Shown here piece by piece: positions 1 to 12,812 of a DNA stretch of 64,000 bases. The stretch's first letter is position 1; each line of letters begins with the position of its first letter. This stretch comes from the human T2T-CHM13v2.0 reference genome, Homo sapiens. The translations under genes were made by a program, and so were the position numbers. Location of the stretch: NCBI RefSeq assembly GCF_009914755.1, contig NC_060930.1; one strand, written 5' to 3'. The notes under the pieces are model-generated. The model was not told the origin of the DNA. It saw only the letters and a list, made by a program, of their open reading frames with translations, and ran no database searches.

Positions 1-133
1 AGAAGCCTAGGTATTTTGGCTTGTGAATTCAGATTCGCCTAGGCATATTAGATATGAATCTGGTAATGGGGAAGAACAGAGGCTAAATCCTCTGCCTGTT
101 GAGGGTTAAAAGTGGAGGGGAAAAGCCCTAGAG

Positions 134-624
134 CAGCAGTCCCCAACCTTTTTGGAACCTGGGACCTGTTTTGTGGAAGACAATTTTTCCACTGACCAGA
201 ATGTGAGGGGTGGTTTCAGGATGATTGAAGCACATTATATTTGTAGTGCACTTTCTTTCTATTATTATTGCATTGTAATGTATAATGAAATAATTATACA
301 ACTCACCATAATGCAGATTCTGTGGAATCCCTGAGCTTGTTTTCCTGCAACTGGATGGCCCCATCTGGGAGTGATGGGAGATAGTGACAGATCATTAGCC
401 ATTCAATTTTCATAAGGAGCGTGCAACCTACAACCCTTGCATGCACAGTTCACAACAGGGGTCATGCTACTATGAGAATCTAATGCTGCCACTGATTTGA
501 CAGGAGGCGGAGCTCAGGCGGTAAAGCAAGCTATGAAAAGAGGCTGTAATTCAGATGAACTTCACTGGCTCACCACTCACCTCCTGCTCTGCGGCTCAGT
601 CTCTAACAGGCTTGGGGACCACTG
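134..624. mobile_element. MER1A-like hAT/Charlie non-autonomous DNA transposon (copy in the TREML3P arm)
   Basis: Terminal inverted repeats CAGCAGTCCCCAA...TTGGGGACCACTG, 8-bp TSD CCCTAGAG at 126-133 and 625-632, MER1-type body (AACCTTTTTGG...GTGGAAGACAATTTTTCCAC). Confidence 0.85.
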
Positions 625-1671
625 CCCTAGAGCACAAGACCCCAGGGACCCCCATTAACTGCGTGATTGTTCTCTGGTTAGGGTTTTACCTTCAAACTCC
701 CTGAGAGATAGTCTGTTTGTAATCCACCCGCGCTGGAGTTTGCAGGGGGAGAGGGCTACGGAGCAAATGCTCTGGCAGTTAGTTGTCTATTTCCATCAAT
801 AGCTCATGGCTTTTGCTGTGCTCCATGGTCCCCCAGGGCACCTGTGACCTAGTCTATTGCAGCCTATTCCTCCAGTTAAGGGGAGGCCGTCATGGCCTCA
901 AAACTCATGACTACAAGGATAGGAGCAGAATTTAAGAGTATTCCTCTCACCTTTCTCTGGCTGACATCTCCAGCCACCATCTGCCCCAGGGTGCAGTCAC
1001 TCTATTCACACTCACCCTTCAACACACCAACACGGTCTAAGGTTTCCACATTTTCTGGGTTCCATTTTGTTTCATTGCAGAAATCCATGTTGAACTGTCT
1101 TTTCCATGGTTCCTCCACAATTAACAACCTGCATCCTCTTCCCCTTTCCTCTCTAACAAACTTTGAGTCATGGCCTGGGGGCTCCACGGCTGTAACCTAT
1201 GCCCCAACCCACCAGAGAAGGATCCTTGGGTGCCCTGGACCTGATTTCAGGGTTCAGGAGCTAATCAGGCCGTCCCTTCCCAAGACCTCCCTCCCAGTGT
1301 TAAAATCCCTGAACTGAGGCCTGAGATCTCCATACCCAGCTAAAGTTAAGTCTGGCACTGTCCTCTCCATGCTGGCGGGAGGCCAGGGACAGGAGGGCTG
1401 GGACACACATGTGCAAGGTGTTCCATATGGACTCCCCTCTGGGGACAGCTGCCCATTGTCGTGAGAACATGGCAATCTTCTGATCACATCAGATAGTGCA
1501 TGTTTCTCTCCCTAGGAGACAGCGGACCCTGAAGGTAGCTTCCCACAAGCCCAGGCCCCAAGAGATCAGTCCTCAGAGGCAGGCCTCCCTGGTTTCCCCT
1601 TCCCTGAATCTGAGGCTCCCAAGCTGCCTGGTGACTCCTCTAATCTCCCCCCACCGAGGCCTCCAACCTAC

Positions 1672-1722
1672 CTGTGTTTGTTGGGAGCCAGGTGAGGGTC
1701 CACGTAGGAGACGTGGTTGGGG
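1672..1722 (-). pseudogene. TREML3P: TREML3P exon equivalent to TREML4 exon 3 (stalk, 51 nt)
   Basis: AG/GT bounded; encodes (A)PTTSPTWTLTWLPTNT vs TREML4 (A)PTTSPMWTLPWLPTST. Confidence 0.85.
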
Positions 1723-2197
1723 CTAAAGGAAAAAGACAGCAAACACTGACTCTCCAGGGGCCCAGAAGTGAGCAGGGTCTACCCTATATATGAGAGGAGG
1801 TAGGGGCCCAGAGCCAGACCCTCAGGATGCCTTAAGCCAGGAGTGGCCTGAGCCTAAGATCTGCATGACAGAGTTGTTGGCGTGTGTGTGTTAGTGTGTG
1901 TGTGAAAAGAAGAGTTGTGGGTGTGCCTGTGTAAGACAAAGAGAGACGCAGAGTGACAGAGAGACTGTGTCTCTGTCCAGGGACCTCTGGGGGTATCTTC
2001 CCAACAGTTGAGGCCAGGATGTGCCGGGTGAAGGAGAGGTGAGAGTCCATGTCTGGGTACAGGATCTTTGCTCCCTTCGGACCAGAGCAGAAGACCTGGC
2101 AGGATGGGGGATGATAGAGGCATGGGAGTGGGTAAGTGACTTTCCTTCAGGTCCCTGGGGGGTGGCACAGTGGTATTTCCTCAAGAAAAGAGCTCAC

Positions 2198-2539
2198 CTG
2201 CAAACACCACCAGGCTGACATCTCTGAGAACAGTGACGATGTTTTTGGAAGTGTTGTAGATTTCACACCAGTAGGATCCCAAGTCCTCCTTCAGCTGAAT
2301 CATGGTGATTTTGAAGATGCTAGCATTTGGCTTGTCCCAGATTGTGTAATGAGACTTCTGAACTGCTGTCTGGGGCTTGGAGCTGGTGACAAGTAAGGTA
2401 CACCGACTTGGAGATGTCTGCTGACACCAGGATTTGGGCTGATAGGACCCTCTCTTGGGTGAGTACTGGCATTGCAGGAAGAGGGTCTGTCCTTAGTGTT
2501 TGTGAAGTTCTTCAGGCACAGCGCCCTTTACCCAGGAAC
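2198..2539 (-). pseudogene. TREML3P: TREML3P IgV exon (TREML4 paralog) with in-frame TAA at 2493-2495
   Basis: Translates GSWVKGAVPEELHKH*GQTLFLQCQYSPKRGSYQPKSWCQQTSPSRC...YWCEIY...SLVVFA; canonical ctgcag acceptor and gtgag donor. Confidence 0.9.
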
Positions 2540-2735
2540 CTGCAGAAAGAAACCCAGGTCAGAGCTCTGGAGAGATGCATGACACACAATTTACCTAACT
2601 AAAAACCCTGCACATGAACACCTGAAACTAAAAGGTTTTTTTTTAAGGAAACCAAATAATGACAAAAAATAAAATGTAATCCACCAATCTTCATAGTTCA
2701 GCTGTGAAAAACACTTGTAAAAACACTAGTAAAAG

Positions 2736-3511
2736 GGATTACTGGGTCAAATGGTATTTCTGGTTCTAGATCCTTGAGGAATTGCCACACTGTCTTCCAC
2801 AATGGTTGGACTCATTTACACTCCCACCAACAGTGTAAAAGTGTTCCTATTTCTCCACATCCTCTCCAGCATCTGTTGTTTCCTGACTTTTTAATGATCG
2901 CCATTCTAACTGGCATGAGATGATATCTCATTGTGGTTTTGATTTGCATTTCTCTAATGATCAATGATGATGAGCTTTTTTTCTTATGTTTGTTGGCTGC
3001 ATAAATGTAGGATTATAAATCATTCTACTATAAAGACACATGCACACGTATGTTTATTGCAGCACTGTTCGCAGTAGCAAAGACTTGGAACCAACCCAAA
3101 TGTCTATCAATGATAGACTGGATAAAGAAAATTTGGCACATACACACCATGGAATACTATGCACCAAAAAAAGGATGAGTTCATGTTCTTTGCAGGGACT
3201 TGGATGAAGCTGGAAGCCATCATTCTCAGCAAACTAACACAGGAACAGAAAACCAAACACCACATGTTCTCATTCATAAGTGGGAGTTGTACAATGAGAA
3301 CACATGGACACGGGGAGGGGAACATCACACACTGGGGCCTGTCAGGGGTTGCGGGGCTAGGGGAGGGATAGCTTTAGGAGAAATACCTAATGTAGATGAC
3401 GCGTTGATGAATGCAGCAAACCACCATGGCACGCGTATACCTATGTAACAAACCTACAAGTTCTGCACATGTATCCCAGAACTTAAAGTACAATAATAAT
3501 AAGAAGAAGAA
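2736..3511 (+). mobile_element. 5'-truncated, 5'-inverted L1 (L1PA7-like); 2736-3008 antisense, 3009-3511 sense
   Basis: L1 ORF2 3' end/3'UTR sequence in two orientations, A-rich tail, TSD AAAA(C/T)ACTAGTAAAAG at ~2720-2735 and ~3532-3547. Confidence 0.85.
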
Positions 3512-3682
3512 TATTAAGGGATAACCCCCCAAAAATACTAGTAAAAGATTGTGAATGATGCATATGGACTTAACCAAAAGCTATGATATACCTATGTCAG
3601 GAGGGTGGAGACTTGGGTAGTTTATGCAGCTAAATCTGCCTTTCAGACAGGACACCAATAATAATAAAAATTGACATTTTGG

Positions 3683-4603
3683 TATATATATATACATATA
3701 TATGCGTATATACGAAATGTACATATATATGCGTATATACGAAATGTACATATATATGCGTATATACGAAATGTACATATATATGCGTATATACGGAATG
3801 TACATATATGTGCGTATATACGAAATGTACATATATGTGCGTATATACGAAATGTACATATATGTGCGTATATACGAAATGTACATATATGTGCGTATAT
3901 ACGAAATGTACATATATGCGTATATACGAAATGTACATATATATGCGTATATACGAAATGTACATATATATGCGTATATACGAAATGTACATATATATGC
4001 GTATATACGAAATGTACATATATATGCGTATATACGAAATGTACATATATGCGTATATACGAAATGTACATATATATGCGTATATACGAAATGTACATAT
4101 ATATGCGTATATACGAAATGTACATATATATGCGTATATACGAAATGTACATATATATGCGTATATACGAAATGTACATATATATGCGTATATACGAAAT
4201 GTACATATATATGCGTATATACGAAATGTACATATATATGCGTATATACGAAATGTACATATATATGCGTATATACGAAATGTACATATATGTGTATATA
4301 TGAAATATACATATGTGTATATATGAAAAATACATATGTGTATATATGAAATATAAGTATGTGTATATATGTGTATATATGAAATATACGTATATGTATA
4401 TGTGTGTATATATACGAAATATACATATATGTGTGTATATATATGAAATATACATATATGTGTGTATATATGAAATATACATGTGTGTGTATATATGAAA
4501 TATACATATATGTATATATGAAATATACATATATGTATATATGGAATATATGTATATATGAAACATACATATATGTATATATGTGTATATATATATATGA
4601 AAT
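3683..4603. repeat. AT-rich minisatellite: ~22 copies of 27-bp TATATATGCGTATATACGAAATGTACA (with 25-bp variants), decaying into (TA)n/GAAATATACA-type repeat
   Basis: Directly visible tandem periodicity; causes the stop-free spurious ORFs at 3581-4709. Confidence 0.95.
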
Positions 4604-6520
4604 GTCTGTGCAGATCATTTCCACATTTTTAAACTGGATTTTTTGGGGTTTTGCTGTTGAGATTTTTGAGCTCCATGTATATTCTGGATATTATTCCCCT
4701 GTCAGATGAGTAGTTTGCAAATATTTTCTTTCATTCTGTAGGTTGTCTTTCCACTTCGTTGCTTGTTTCCTTTGCTGTGCAGAAGTTTTGTATTTTGTTA
4801 TGATCCCCTTTGTTTATTTTTGCTTTTCATGCTGTGCTTTTGAAGTCTTATCATACAATCTTTTTTTACAAATCATTATCTTGAAGAGTTTCTTCTTTTT
4901 TTCTAGCAGTTGTATAGTTTCAGAACTTACACTTTGGTCTTTAATCCATTTGAATTGATTTTTGGATAGGGTGAGAGATGGAAATCTAGATTTATTCTTC
5001 TGCATATTAATATCCAGTTTTGCCAGGACTATTAATTGAAGAGATTGCCCTTCCCCTAAAACAAGTTCATGATGCTGTTCTTAAAAATCAGTTGGCTGTA
5101 TATACATGAATTAATTTATTTGTTCTCTATTCTGTTCCATTAGTCTATATGTCTGTGTTTATGTCAGTGCCATGCTCTTTTGGTCACTATAGTTTTGTAG
5201 TATATTTTGAAATCTGAAAATTCAGCTTTGTTGTTTTTGCTCGAAATAGCTTTTGCTAATTTGGGTTCTTTTATGGTTCCACATGAATTTTTAGGTTATT
5301 TTTCTATTTCCATGTAGCATGATCATTTTAACAATATTAATTCATCCAGTTCCCAAACATGGGATGTTTTCCATTATTTTGTATCTTTTTCAATTCTTTT
5401 CCTCAGTATTTTATAGTTTTCCTTGTAGAGTTTTTTCTCCTACTTGGTTAAATTATTCTTGGTATTTTTTGTCACTATTTTAAATGGTATTGCTTTTTAA
5501 ATTTTATTTTAGCTACTTTATTGTTCATGTGTAGGAACACTACTGACTTTTGTATGTTGATTTTATATCCCGCAACTTTAGTGAATTTACTTATCAGCTC
5601 TAAGAGTTTTTTGGAAGAGTCTTAAGGTTTTTCTGAATATAAAATCATGTCACGTGCAAACAGGGACAATTTGATTTCCTTCTTTCCAATTTGGATGCCC
5701 TTGCTTTCTGTTGCCTAATTGCTCTGCCTAAGACTTCTAGTACTAAGTTGAATTAGAATGGTGAGAATGGGCATCCTTGTCTTGTTCCAAATCCTAGAGG
5801 AAAGGCTTTTAGCTTTTTCCTGTTCAATATGATGTTAACTGTAGGTTATCTTATAGGGTCTTATTGTGTTGAGGCACTTTCCTTCTATACCTGATTTATT
5901 GAGACTTTTCATTATGATGGCATGTTGTATTAATCAAATGCTTTCCCTGCATCTGTTGAGATGTTCTTATGGTTTCTGTCCTTCATTTTGTTGATCTGAT
6001 GTATCACATTTATTGGTTTGCATATATTGAACCATCCTTGCATCCCTGGAATGAATCCCGCTTGATCATGGTGTATAATCTTTTTGATTTCCTGTTGTAT
6101 TTGGATTGCTAGTATTTTGCTGAGGATTTTTGCATATGAGCTCATCAGGAATATTGGCCTGTAGTTTTCCTTTATAGGTGTATCCTTACCTGGTTTTGGT
6201 ATCAGGGTTATGCAGGCCTCATAGAACAAGTTTGGAAGAATTATTTCTCCCTCAATATTTTGAGTTAGTTTGAGGAGAATTGGTATTAGGTTTTCTTTAA
6301 ACTTCAACAGAATTTAGCAATGGAGTCATCTGGGCTTTCCTTTGTTCAGAGATTTTTTATTACTGATTCAATTTTGTTACTCATTATTTGTCTATTCCTG
6401 TTTCCTACTTCTTGGTTCAATTCTGATAGGATGTGTGTGTCCAGAAATTTATGTTTCTTCTGGGTTTTTTAATTTATTAGTGCATAGTTGCCAATAATAG
6501 TCTCTAATGAGCCTTTGTCT
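4604..6520 (-). mobile_element. Older L1 (L1MA/L1PB-class) ORF2 fragment
   Basis: ORF 5930..6307- encodes L1 ORF2 RT-region motifs (IPKPGKD...ENYRPI...[19 protein letters not shown]). Confidence 0.85.
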
Positions 6521-7846
6521 TTCTGTTATATATGTCACAGAAGAAGAATAGTTGTTCCAGACACCTTGGAGGTCTGTCTCCAGCTCAGATTAAGTCACCA
6601 GGTGGAACAGATGGCATGGAAAGCTCAGAGTGTGCTGTCCCATCATTCTCAAGCAATACCTGGGTGTCTAGTAGGGATGGAGGCTTAGGTAAGGCCCTGA
6701 AGAGCTTTTATCTATTCCAGAACATGGCACTTTCTGAACAGAGTCAACCCTAAAAGACACTCTGGATTCAACATAACTTGTGTCTGAATGAGGATCACTG
6801 CACAGAGGACAGAAGAAAGCAGAGTATTACTTTGGGATTAGCTGAGGCCCTAGGCTCATGCCTCTCTTGTGGATTCCAGAGAACCAGGCTGGACCACATC
6901 AGGCACTATCTCCTGCTCCAAAAAGGCCCAGGGGGTCCTGAACCTGAGCAGGTAGAATGACCTTCCCTTCAATTTCTATCCCCATGCCCTAACACAAGCC
7001 TTAGATGTACCCACTTCAAGCCAGCAAAAGTCCCATTCTCAACCCCAGAGAAAAGGAGCTGGGGCTTGGAGCACTATGACTATATAAGCTTCTTATACCC
7101 CTTGGACAAGGCATCAACCTAGCAAATGTGGTCTGGTGGTGAATGAAATCTGAGCAATCAGGAGCCTCTTTCTTGCAGTTAAAGAATGGGACCAACAGCT
7201 CTAAGAACCTGATGAGCAAAGAGACACTCTGGCTGTCACAGGGTGGGAGCTGGAGGTGGGTGTCAGTGAACACTTGCAGGAGGAGGAGAAACTTTGAAGG
7301 TAGCAGAAGATTTATAAAGCATAGAAGGGGTTAGCATTCCATGCTGGGGAGTACTGGGAGCAGGTGGTGGAGACACACGTACAAAGCATCATCTACAAAC
7401 GTAGATGGCTTAGCTGAGTGGAGAAAGGAGAAGGATTGGTTAGAGCAGGACAATAAATTTCTTTAGCAGAGAGCCTTGAATGCTGTGCAGCCCTGTCACT
7501 GTGCACTGCAGTCAAAGGGAAGTGTTAAGGGCTTCCTGGAGGCCCCTTTGTGGAAGCATGAGGAGCTCAGTGCAGATTCCCCCAGCAGCCACGAGCAGGA
7601 GGAATGAGGTGGGTAGATACTAGAAGCAGGAGGGAGACCTGGTGGATTCCTTTGGAGTGAGAAGGGTTTGGGGCTCCCAAGAAAGGTTGAGGCCCATCTT
7701 CCACAGGCCCAAGCCCCACTTGTCTGTTCTGCTGGCCAGGAGGAGGGAGCAGGCTGGGCTTCCAAGCACAACCTTCAGCAGACACACACACTTGTGGGTT
7801 CAGGAGGGTCAGACCTGGGGAGCCCACACTTACTTTGACTTGGCAG

Positions 7847-7947
7847 ACCTGGCAGTGCCAGCCACTGTTCTGATGTGCCGATTCATCCTGAACAGAGGCC
7901 TGGTGTTCTCGGTCCTGTTTGTCATTCTTTGAAAGTCTGGGCCTTGG
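7847..7947 (+). pseudogene. Orphan TREM3-type transmembrane exon with in-frame TGA
   Basis: ttggcag|AC CTG...TGG|gtgagt; translates (D)LAVPATVLMCRFILNRGLVFSVLFVIL*KSGPW, matching recalled mouse Trem3 VMVIVLTCGFILNKGLVFSVLFVFLCKAGPK and resembling the TREM1 TM at 61404-61509. Confidence 0.8.
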
Positions 7948-10408
7948 GTGAGTGGGGGCTGGGCCAGGCTTGAGGTGGAAGTGAATGAGGCAATGAGACA
8001 GCTACTGCAGATGCTGCTGTGGGAGGACTGCCTCCCAGGGGCTCCCCAGGGCTCTTGTCCCCTGACTCCTCCTCACTTCTGTTCTCAGGAGGTCTTTGGA
8101 CAGGGGCAGCGCCAGGCCCTGGGACAGGGGAAGGATGTGAACCGGCTGGGCTTGGTTCCCAGATGGACGACCTGAGCAGGAGGGCAGGAGAGGCTGTGCT
8201 GATTGGACCCCAGGCTTTCCTTCAGGGCAGGGAGGGCAGGCTTAGGCCTGGCGGGCTCAGATGGACCCTTTTCAAGCACCGTCCTTTCTCTCACTCCTCA
8301 GGTGAGGTGGCCTCCTGAAGAATCTCCACAAGGCCAACCCTGGAGACCAGCAGACTCTCCCTTCCAGGATCCCACAGGTGCACCCTTCCTGCCCAGCAAC
8401 ATCACATTCCCTGGATCTGTTCAGTGGTCAAGAAAGGCCTCCTTGACTACCTCCCTGAGCTCACTGCTTAGTCCCCCAACCCCAAGAGGGAGACATGAGG
8501 GTGGTCCTCAGAAATCACAGTGACGGCCATCGGTCTGGGCATTAAATAGAGCAATTGGGACTCACAAGGTGTAACTCGAGAGGGCCTGACATCCATTTCC
8601 CACTGCCTTCCTCACTCCCTCTGCTGGGATGTCTCTGGCCCTTGGGCAGACCCCGCACCGAGACACATACCTCTTCTGGGGAGTTTAAGTAATCAACTTG
8701 TTTTTAGAGCAGTTTAGGTTCTCAAAACAATGAGAGAAAGTACATAGAGTTCCCGTATACCTCCTGCTCCTCACATGCACAGCCCCCCACTATCCACATC
8801 CTGCCCAGGGGTCCGGCTGTTACAGCCGGCTACCCTACATTGAGGCACCCTGTCCTGTCATCAAGCACACAACCGTCCTGAGGGCTCACTCTTGCTGCTG
8901 AGCACACGCTGTCTGTGCTTTGACAGACGTGTGATGACATCAACTCATCATTGTGGGATCACACAGTTGCCCCACTGCCCTCCAAATCCCCTGTGCTCCC
9001 TCGTTCATCCCCTCTGTTTATAAATAGGGAAAAGGTTATTCCAAAACTGGCTTCAGTTCAGTGATTAGTGTGGAGGAAAAAGGGCTCCATGTAAAATAAA
9101 GCTTCTTCCCCAAAGCCTCGGAATTTTAACCCTCAGAGGGCAGAGGGCCCACGTTGGCTTTCCTTTCTTTACTTGGTCTTCTCTGCCCTCCAGCTGCAGT
9201 TTGGGAAGCCTCCAGGCCTGGAGCATGGAGAGGAGAAGAGGAAGGGTCAGGAAAGTCTGGTGATGACCCAAAGAGTTCAAGCTGAGGTTTCTCAGAGGGC
9301 ACCGTTGTGGGCTCTTCCGATGACACCCTGCCTGTCACCTGCAGCTTCCTCATGTAGCCTTGGATCTCCTTCCTGGTGGGTGCTCCTGACATCTCCTTCA
9401 GCCTCCAAGCCTTTCGCAGTCCACTTCCAGCTTCCTGCCATGCGTCCCTCCACCTCCAGCAGGCCTTTTGGATGGGATCTACAACCACCCATGCTGGGTG
9501 CCTCACATCTGTGCAGCCCAACATCTGGCCCACGGAAGCCATCCACTTCCTTCACCCCAACAAAGTCATGGAGCCTGGGGGCCCCCACAAGGTCACCTCT
9601 CCTCCATTCCACCATCAGGACAGCTTGCCGCCTGCTGTCTCTACCCAATACAGCTCTCAGACTGAATCCAACTCAGCTGCTACATCTCCCAGACTGCAGG
9701 GGCCACAACCATCTTTCCAAGTTGTGACCCTATCTCAAGCCTCTCCCTAGGTTTGAGATAAGATGCAGGAATCTAACCCTCTCCTCCCCCAGGGTCACAG
9801 CACAACTACCAGCTGTCTCCAAAAGTCCTCTCCCAATCTTCACACTCCTCACAACTTTCTACCCTTGATGTGTGTGAGGGATTCATTCCTCAAAGGTTTC
9901 AATACCTTTTGGCATGTGCTTCACACTGGCCTCCCACCTCACTCTGACAGATAGCATATATTTTCTTGGGACTTGCATTAGTCAAGATTTAGCTGCAAAC
10001 TACAAAATCCAAGCTACGGATTTTAAGGAGAAAGAGATTTTTAAAATCAAACATTAAATGCTTTACAGAATCAGATCCTGTGTAATTTCTGGGCATCACT
10101 CTTAAAGCCACAGGATGGGCTACTAAGGGACCACTGCCTTTGCCACAGTCAACACCCTTTCCAAATCAGGCAACTTTCCAAATCTGGAAGCTGCCATCAC
10201 AGCCCTGGCTGCAGAACCCCTCCATCTCACCCATAGTCTACCGGCACAATGGATGCCTCTCTTCCCATTCTAGCTCACTTCCTCATTTAAGTCTCATACA
10301 AATACATTGAATGGGTGGGACCTAAAATATATCTGGAACCCTAGCTGCAAAGGAATCAGAAATGATCTTGTAGACCTTTTACTATAGAAAGACCCATGAA
10401 AAAGAGGT

Positions 10409-10862
10409 GGCAGCCACTCACAGTGGCTCACACCTGTAATTCTAGCACTCTGGGAGGCTAAGCTGGGTGGATCTCTTGAGTCCAGGAGTTCAAGACAAGC
10501 CTGGCCAACATGGTGAAACGTTGTCTCTATGAAAAGCAATAATAATAATAATAACCAGGTGCATTGGTGTGTGCCCACACTCCCAGCTACTCAGGAGGCT
10601 GAGGTGGGAGGATCACTTGAGCCCTGGGAGGTCAAGGCTGCAATGAGCCATGATCACACCACTGCACTGCAACCTGGGCGAAAGTGTAAAACTCCATCTC
10701 AAGAAAAGAAAGAGAGAGAGAGAAGAAGAAAAAAGAAAGAAAGAAAGAAAAGAAAAGAAAAAAGAAGGAAGGAAGGAAGGAGAAAGAAAAAGAGAGAGAA
10801 GGAAAGAAGGAAGGAAGGAAGGAAGGGAAGGAACAGAAGGAAAGGAAGGGAAGAAAGAAAGA
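10409..10862 (+). mobile_element. Alu (AluJ-like) whose tail expanded into an (AAAG)n/(GGAA)n purine tract at 10701-10862
   Basis: Dimeric Alu consensus motifs followed by simple repeats. Confidence 0.85.
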
Positions 10863-12424
10863 GGTGGCAATGAATATATAGTGAGTTCACAGTGTCTACC
10901 TGAATACTCTCAGCCAAAACTGAGATCACAATAGTTAAAATTTATAAGTTTTGTTGTTTCTTTTGCTGTCAATGAAAGTCAAATATGACTAAGTGAAAAA
11001 TAAACATATAGTATTTGCTTTGTTATGTCAAATAAACGCTATTTGTAAAAATATAGTATTTGCCTTGTTACACCAAATAAACCCTATTCTGTAGTATAAA
11101 CGTTATAGTAACAAATTTTCATTTACAGCAATCAGTACATCGGACACTATGTGTGACATATCACACTGAAGGCATCAAATGATACAGATGCAGAGAATAA
11201 ATTCCTATTTTCCTCTTCCAGAATTTATCATACTTTTCTTAGAAACTTCAGTGTGTTTAAGAAAATGACTCTTATTACCATCAAGTGTTAGTAGGTGCTT
11301 TACACCTAGCCGTACTAAGATTTCTTAAAACTTTGCTGTTTGTTATGTACACGCTGTTTGTTATGTATCAAGTGATTATTCATATGCTTTGTGTAAATCG
11401 TTTCTATACATGTTAAAACTAATCTTTTACACTTAGAATGCTTTCAGATTCACAGAAGAGTTGTGTAGGTATTGCATACTTCCCTGATGTGCTATGTTCA
11501 ATGTCTTCTATTATTAATATAGTCCAATAGTATGCTACATTTCTCACAATTAATGAGTTGATATTGATACATTACTATAATTTTACAAAATTGATGAGTA
11601 GAACTCATATATTTATAATGCGTGGTAGGATAGTTTGATGTGTGTATTAACTGTGAAATTACTAAATCAAGCAATACCACATATACTTAATTGTTTTGTG
11701 GTGAGAACATTTAAAATCTATTTTCTGTCATTTTCAATTGTACAATTCAGAGTTATGAACTGCATTCACCATACTGTGCAATAGATCTCTTGAACTTATT
11801 TTTTCTGTCTAACATATTGTGTTTCTTCAACAATACCTACCCAGTTTGTCCAATTCCCAGCCTCTGGTAATGCCATTCTACTCTGTTTCTGTGGTAGATT
11901 TTATTAATTGAAGTCCTTACTTCATTCAGATTACCCTGGCTTTTACCTCATGTACTTTCTGTGCTCCAGAATCCCACCTAGGAAGCCACATTGCTTTTAG
12001 TCTTCATGTCTGCTTAGGCTCCTCTTATTCATAGCAATTTCTGAGAATTATTTCTTAGTTTTGATGGCCTTGACAGTTTTGAGGAACGCTGCTCAGGTAT
12101 TTTGTAGAATGTCCCTCACGTGGAATTTGTTTGATGTTTTTCTCCTGGGGCCAGCGGCTTTGGGGAAGGAGACTGCACAGCTAATTGCCCTGTCATCACA
12201 TCAAGTCAATGACACATTCTAACAACCTGAGTTATCCCTGTGGGTCTGCACTTTGGTTGCCTGGCTGCCACAGTAAGTGTCAGGTTTCTCCACTGTACAG
12301 TTACTCTTCTCTTCCTTCCCATGCTATCCTCTGGAGGAAAGTCACCTGCACAGCCCATGCTTAAGCCGTGGGAATTTATGCTTCTGCCTTGAGGGCAGAA
12401 TACCTATAAGAATTGTTTGCAATC

Positions 12425-12812
12425 TCTCTCAGTCCCTTCAGGCTGCTATGAGAAGATGCCTTAGACTGGAGACTTTTTAAATAATAGAAATCTCTTTCTC
12501 AAAGTTCTGGAGTCTGGGAAGTCAAAGATCAAGGTGTCAGTGGATGTGGTATCTGCTGAGGGCTGCTCTCTGCTTCCAAGGTGGCGCTTTCTTGCAGTAA
12601 CCTCAGTTGACTGAAGGCATGAACACTGTCCTCATATGGCAGACAGCGCAAATCTGCTTCCTGCAATCTCTGGTATAAGGGCATTAATTGCATTCTTGAG
12701 GGTGACGCCCTCATGACTTAAGATTTTCCCACAAGATCCCACCTCTTAACGCTATCACATGGAAATTAAGTTTGAATATATGAGATGGGGGAACAACATT
12801 CTGAACACAGCA
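12425..12812. mobile_element. MaLR solo LTR (MLT1A/MST-like)
   Basis: Typical motifs ...GTTCTGGAGTCTGGGAAGTCAAAGATCAAGG...GCCCTCATGACTTAA...CCCACCTCTTAAC. Confidence 0.6.

Larger units (their letters stand above)
1..2569 (-). repeat. Left arm of inverted segmental duplication (reverse complement of ~13967-16737); probably continues beyond the window start
   Basis: Co-linear reverse-complement match including IgV exon, exon 3, introns and MER1A; mirrored ORFs in the track (e.g. 1002..1187- vs 15550..15735+). Confidence 0.95.

Noticed and set aside
3581-4709. Long overlapping ORFs (up to 347 aa, Y/I/H-rich)
   Set aside because: Artefact of a stop-free 27-bp tandem repeat; also not a CRISPR array (no unique spacers, eukaryotic context)
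9126-9750. Cluster of 118-184 aa overlapping ORFs
   Set aside because: GC-rich chance ORFs with no recognisable homology
10529-10934. Lys/Arg/Glu-rich ORFs
   Set aside because: Translation of Alu plus purine simple repeat
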